Below are positions 26,277-28,425 of a stretch of 28,425 nt of DNA, one piece after another. Under the pieces are notes generated by a model. It made no database searches and was not told the origin of the DNA. It saw only the letters and a program-made list of their open reading frames with translations. The translations under genes were made by a program, and so were the position numbers. This stretch comes from a virus (lineage: Duplodnaviria; Caudoviricetes), in the IMG/VR virus record IMGVR_UViG_3300029822_001159, positions 1-28,425 of that record. One strand, 5' to 3'. Every line of letters starts with the position of its first letter. Position 1 is the first letter of the stretch.

Positions 26277-27632
26277 ATGAGAGACCAAAAGAAAGCGGAC
26301 GAAATTGCCGAGCAGCGAGTGCAAATCCTGTCCCCACTCCTGGCCGAAGGGCTGGATAGTGCTCAGGCCAGGCAGATTAAAGCCAGGATATGTGAACAGA
26401 CCGGCATATCCGAACGTACCCTGCGCAGATATCTGGCCCAGTACCGGAAGGATGGTTTTAGCGGACTCAAACCCAAAGGTAAGGGAGAGCGACGAAGTGA
26501 CGAAGCAATACCGGTTAACATCCTGGAACAGGCAATCCTTTTGCGCAGGCAGGTACCGAGCCGTAGCATTGCACAGATTATTCAAATCCTGGAATGGGAA
26601 GGGTTGGTAGAGCCAGGACAAATCAAGCGCAGTACCCTGCAGGAGAAACTGGCCGAACGAGGTTACAGCGCCCGGCACATGCGCATGTATGCCGATACCG
26701 GTACAGCTGCTCGGCGCTACCAGAAGAAATACCGTAACCAGCTCTGGCATTCGGACATAAAATATGGTCCATACCTACCCATAGGCAAAGACGGGAAAAA
26801 GAAGCAGGTTTACCTGGTAACCTTTGTAGATGATGCGACCAGATATATTTTGCATGGTCAGTTCTATCCCACTTTGGATCAGGTAATCGTCGAAGATGCT
26901 TTCCGCCAGGCCATTTTAAAATACGGGGTACCAGAAAAAGTATATTTCGATAACGGTAGCCAGTATCGAACCAAATGGATGAAAAGAGCTTGCGCTAAAA
27001 TGGGGATTCGCTTACTCTTTGCCAAGCCCTATTCCCCTGAAGCTACCGGGAAATCAGAACGATTTAACCGGGTAGTAGATTCCTTCCTGGCTGAAGCGGT
27101 TCTGGAGAAACCTCAAACCCTGGATAAATTAAACCAGCTATTTGAGGTCTGGTTGGAGGAGTGTTATCAGAACAAGCCCCATTCCGGGTTAGAAGGAAAC
27201 ATTAGTCCTCAGACTGCCTACCGCAGTGACAGGAAATCATTAAAATTTCTAGACCCCGAAACAATAGCCAGTGCTTTTCTCCATTGCGAAGAAAGAAAAG
27301 TAGATAAGGCAGGCTGCATCAGTTTTGCGGGGAAAAAATACGAAGTAGGACTAACCTTTATTGGCTGTAAGGTAGATGTCATCTATGATCCAGCCGATAT
27401 CAGCGAACTGACTATTGAATACGAAGGCCATAAACCTTTTAAAGCTAAAGAACTGGTTATTGGAGAACGGAGTGCTCCCAGGCCTAAACTACCCGAGCAT
27501 TTACAGAAGGCTCCAGCAGATTCTTCAAGGCTACTAAATGCAGCTGCCAGGAAGAACCAGGAACGTAAAGAAACCCAAATCCCTGCTGTCTCCTACCGGA
27601 AGGTAAGGAAGGAGGGGGAAAGTCATGTTTGA
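26277..27632 (+). CDS. DDE transposase (HTH, rve core, Mu-transposase C-terminal domain)
   Basis: ISERTLRRYL HTH; LWHSDIK, YFDNGSQY and GKSERF catalytic D-D-E; RKVDKAGCISF C-terminal domain. Confidence 0.92.
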   Translation: MRDQKKADEIAEQRVQILSPLLAEGLDSAQARQIKARICEQTGISERTLRRYLAQYRKDGFSGLKPKGKGERRSDEAIPVNILEQAILLRRQVPSRSIAQIIQILEWEGLVEPGQIKRSTLQEKLAERGYSARHMRMYADTGTAARRYQKKYRNQLWHSDIKYGPYLPIGKDGKKKQVYLVTFVDDATRYILHGQFYPTLDQVIVEDAFRQAILKYGVPEKVYFDNGSQYRTKWMKRACAKMGIRLLFAKPYSPEATGKSERFNRVVDSFLAEAVLEKPQTLDKLNQLFEVWLEECYQNKPHSGLEGNISPQTAYRSDRKSLKFLDPETIASAFLHCEERKVDKAGCISFAGKKYEVGLTFIGCKVDVIYDPADISELTIEYEGHKPFKAKELVIGERSAPRPKLPEHLQKAPADSSRLLNAAARKNQERKETQIPAVSYRKVRKEGESHV

Positions 27633-28425
27633 GAGTTTTTACGGTCTGGAAAGAACACCGTTTTCCAGGGATATCCCCACGGATCAGTTGTATCAATCGC
27701 ACATGTTGGAAGAAACCCTGGGACGTTTAGAATATACCGCTCAGCGCCAGATGTTTGCAGTGTTAACCGGGGACTGTGGAACCGGGAAGACTACTACCAT
27801 ACGTAAACTTAAAGAAGCATTAGATACATCCCGGTTTATGGTGATGTACCTAGCCGATTCCAAATTGACGCCCCGGCATTTTTACAAAGGTCTCCTTGAA
27901 CAATTAGGTTGTGAGGCCAAGTTCTATCGGGGTGATGCCAAACGTCAATTACATAAAGAGATTGAACTTATGCAAGGCATCCATCATCTACAACCCGTGG
28001 TTATCGTAGATGAAGCCCATCTTTTAGACAAAGAGATGCTGGAAGAAGTTCGTTTCTTACTAAATTTCAAAATGGATGCACAGAGTCCGATGGCTTTAAT
28101 ACTGGTAGGACAAAACGAACTCTGGGAACGGCTTAAACTCCAATCCTACGCAGCAATCAGGCAGCGCATTGATTTGCAATGCAAGTTGCCCTACCTGGAC
28201 CGGGCAGAAGTAGGGGAATATATTAAAACACACTTGGCTTATTCCGGTGCCGACCATGATATTTTTTCAGATAATGCTATAGATGAGATATTTAAGTTTT
28301 CGAGTGGAGCTGCCAGAATGGTCAACAAGGTTTGTACCCATTGTCTGATATACGGAGCACAAAATAATCGAAATATTATTGATGACCACATGGTGAAGTT
28401 TGTTGTTCAGGGGGAATTGAGTTAG
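27625..28425 (+). CDS. ExeA/TnsC-like AAA ATPase, transposition helper
   Basis: Walker A GDCGTGKT, Walker B VIIVDEAH, LILVGQ, AIRQRI and SSGAARMVN. Confidence 0.92.
   Translation: MFESFYGLERTPFSRDIPTDQLYQSHMLEETLGRLEYTAQRQMFAVLTGDCGTGKTTTIRKLKEALDTSRFMVMYLADSKLTPRHFYKGLLEQLGCEAKFYRGDAKRQLHKEIELMQGIHHLQPVVIVDEAHLLDKEMLEEVRFLLNFKMDAQSPMALILVGQNELWERLKLQSYAAIRQRIDLQCKLPYLDRAEVGEYIKTHLAYSGADHDIFSDNAIDEIFKFSSGAARMVNKVCTHCLIYGAQNNRNIIDDHMVKFVVQGELS

Larger units (their letters stand above)
25527..28425 (+). mobile_element. Three-gene DDE transposon/IS (Zn-ribbon protein, Mu/TnsB-like transposase, ExeA/TnsC-like ATPase); right end outside the window
   Basis: Starts TGTTACAGCC exactly where capsid similarity is lost. 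GC content is higher, and the transposase and ATPase genes overlap. Confidence 0.85.

Noticed and set aside
1862-27702. Many short overlapping or antisense ORFs in the six-frame track (e.g. 6627-7031, 17742-18065, 26244-26750)
   Set aside because: They are shadows of long, well-supported genes and have no recognisable motifs.
1-28425. Composite transposon formed by the two flanking IS elements
   Set aside because: They are different elements with different ends, and each independently interrupts a gene.

Overview
AT-rich Firmicutes-type (Clostridia-like) window with a decaying phage-like element between two insertion sequences. Left: an IS21-family element (istA/istB, terminal TGT at 2448 on the minus strand) has inserted into the 5' end of a DUF1156-type adenine methyltransferase. 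That gene and the following PLD-nuclease/SNF2-helicase gene are the distal half of a DUF499/DUF3780/DUF1156/PLD-helicase restriction-like defence operon. Centre (8154-25526): a 1166-aa single-subunit two-barrel polymerase of the YonO/eukaryotic RdRP lineage (DKDGD catalytic motif), a DUF5659-like small protein, a Cys-rich SF2 helicase, a Cys-His-Asp papain/transglutaminase-like protein, a ParB-MTase and a 'virulence-related' protein. These are followed by a head module (TerS, TerL, SPP1-type portal, DUF4355 scaffold, P22-type major capsid) interleaved with cargo. The cargo includes an Xer-like recombinase with an adjacent dif-like site, and an orphan PemK/MazF toxin followed by a separately promoted non-coding array of four CAAATAA-[21-nt hairpin]-GCTA units, a candidate RNA antitoxin. 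Right: a three-gene transposon (Zn-ribbon/DUF6431-like, DDE transposase, ExeA/TnsC-like ATPase) starts with TGT at 25527 and truncates the capsid gene. All family calls come from motif recognition by eye; no searches were run.
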